Origin: Octopus bimaculoides
Lineage: Eukaryota
Direction: 5' to 3'
Length of the DNA: 34,175 nt
NCBI RefSeq assembly: GCF_001194135.2
Contig: NC_068998.1
Span: 17,279,016-17,313,190 of the forward strand
Shown: one piece after another, positions 33,296 to 34,175 of the stretch
How the letters are laid out: each line of letters begins with the position of its first letter
Position numbering within the stretch: position 1 is the stretch's first letter
The notes under the pieces: generated by a model
What the model was told of the DNA's origin: nothing
Databases searched by the model: none
Seen by the model: only the letters and a program-made list of their open reading frames with translations
Program-made: the position numbers and the translations under genes

Positions 33296-34136
33296 CATAT
33301 ACACACATACATACATGCATACATACACATAAATATGTCATGGTCGTAATAGATGGCATGGACTTTGTGTATCAGAAGCATGCCATATTAATGAAATTAG
33401 TAAAACTAAATCAATTATGATTAATCAACATGATGAACTAATTATAAGGTGCCAACGTTTTAAATACAAATCTTTTCTACACTATAAACATATACCTGTC
33501 ATTATAACTATACTTGGCAAATTATAAACCTAGTTTTAAAACTCAGTATATATTTAATATATTTTAATAAGCATATCATTATATCTTGATCAAAATCTTC
33601 CATACTTTAACCCAGCACAGTTTAACAAACTTAACAGTTATTATATTTGAATTTAAACACTCTACTACTTTTCAAAAAATTCCTGTTTCACTAAATGAAA
33701 TTCTTATATTTGTTGAAGATTATATCTACAGTTTATAATATACTAAATATTTTTTCAATATCAGTAAATTTACTTCCCTATATTCATAGCATTACTCTCT
33801 ATATCTATACCTTCTTAACTTTGAATAGTTTTCTACTTATACCTAGATATTTACAATCTGAGTAATATATATTAATTACTATCTTTAATATAGATGGCAA
33901 ATTTAACATAATTGTATGTATTTTTGTGTAATCATTGGTATACTTATATATATATGCTTATAGTGAATGCTTGTTTATTTATTTATATATTTATTTTCTT
34001 GTGTCTATATGTGTGTGCTTATGTGTATGTATTTATGTATATATGTGCATATATATATATATATATGTATACACACACACACACAGATACACGCATGTGC
34101 ACACACACAGAGACACACAAGATATATATGTATACA

Positions 34137-34175
<39 letters not shown>

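Overview
AT-rich, CpG-poor, microsatellite-dense eukaryotic non-coding DNA (intronic or intergenic) with nine assembly gaps. The repeat families point to a coleoid cephalopod, most likely Octopus; this is inferred from recognising the families, not from a search. There is no intact protein-coding gene, rRNA, tRNA or CRISPR array, and almost all supplied ORFs are microsatellite or gap artefacts. The window holds many tRNA-derived and RTE-tailed SINE copies and decayed mariner (D34D), RTE-LINE and Helitron Rep coding remnants. It also has three Dong/R4-type retrotransposon 3' ends in (TTA)n tracts, two Helentron-type (HINE) elements and several TIR-bounded MITEs. The most notable signal is a complete type I hammerhead ribozyme fold (2454-2528) inside a TA-flanked, TIR-bounded MITE (2341-2657). 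Further degenerate Penelope-type hammerhead cores occur elsewhere, and a perfect 56-bp foldback element shares motifs with that MITE.
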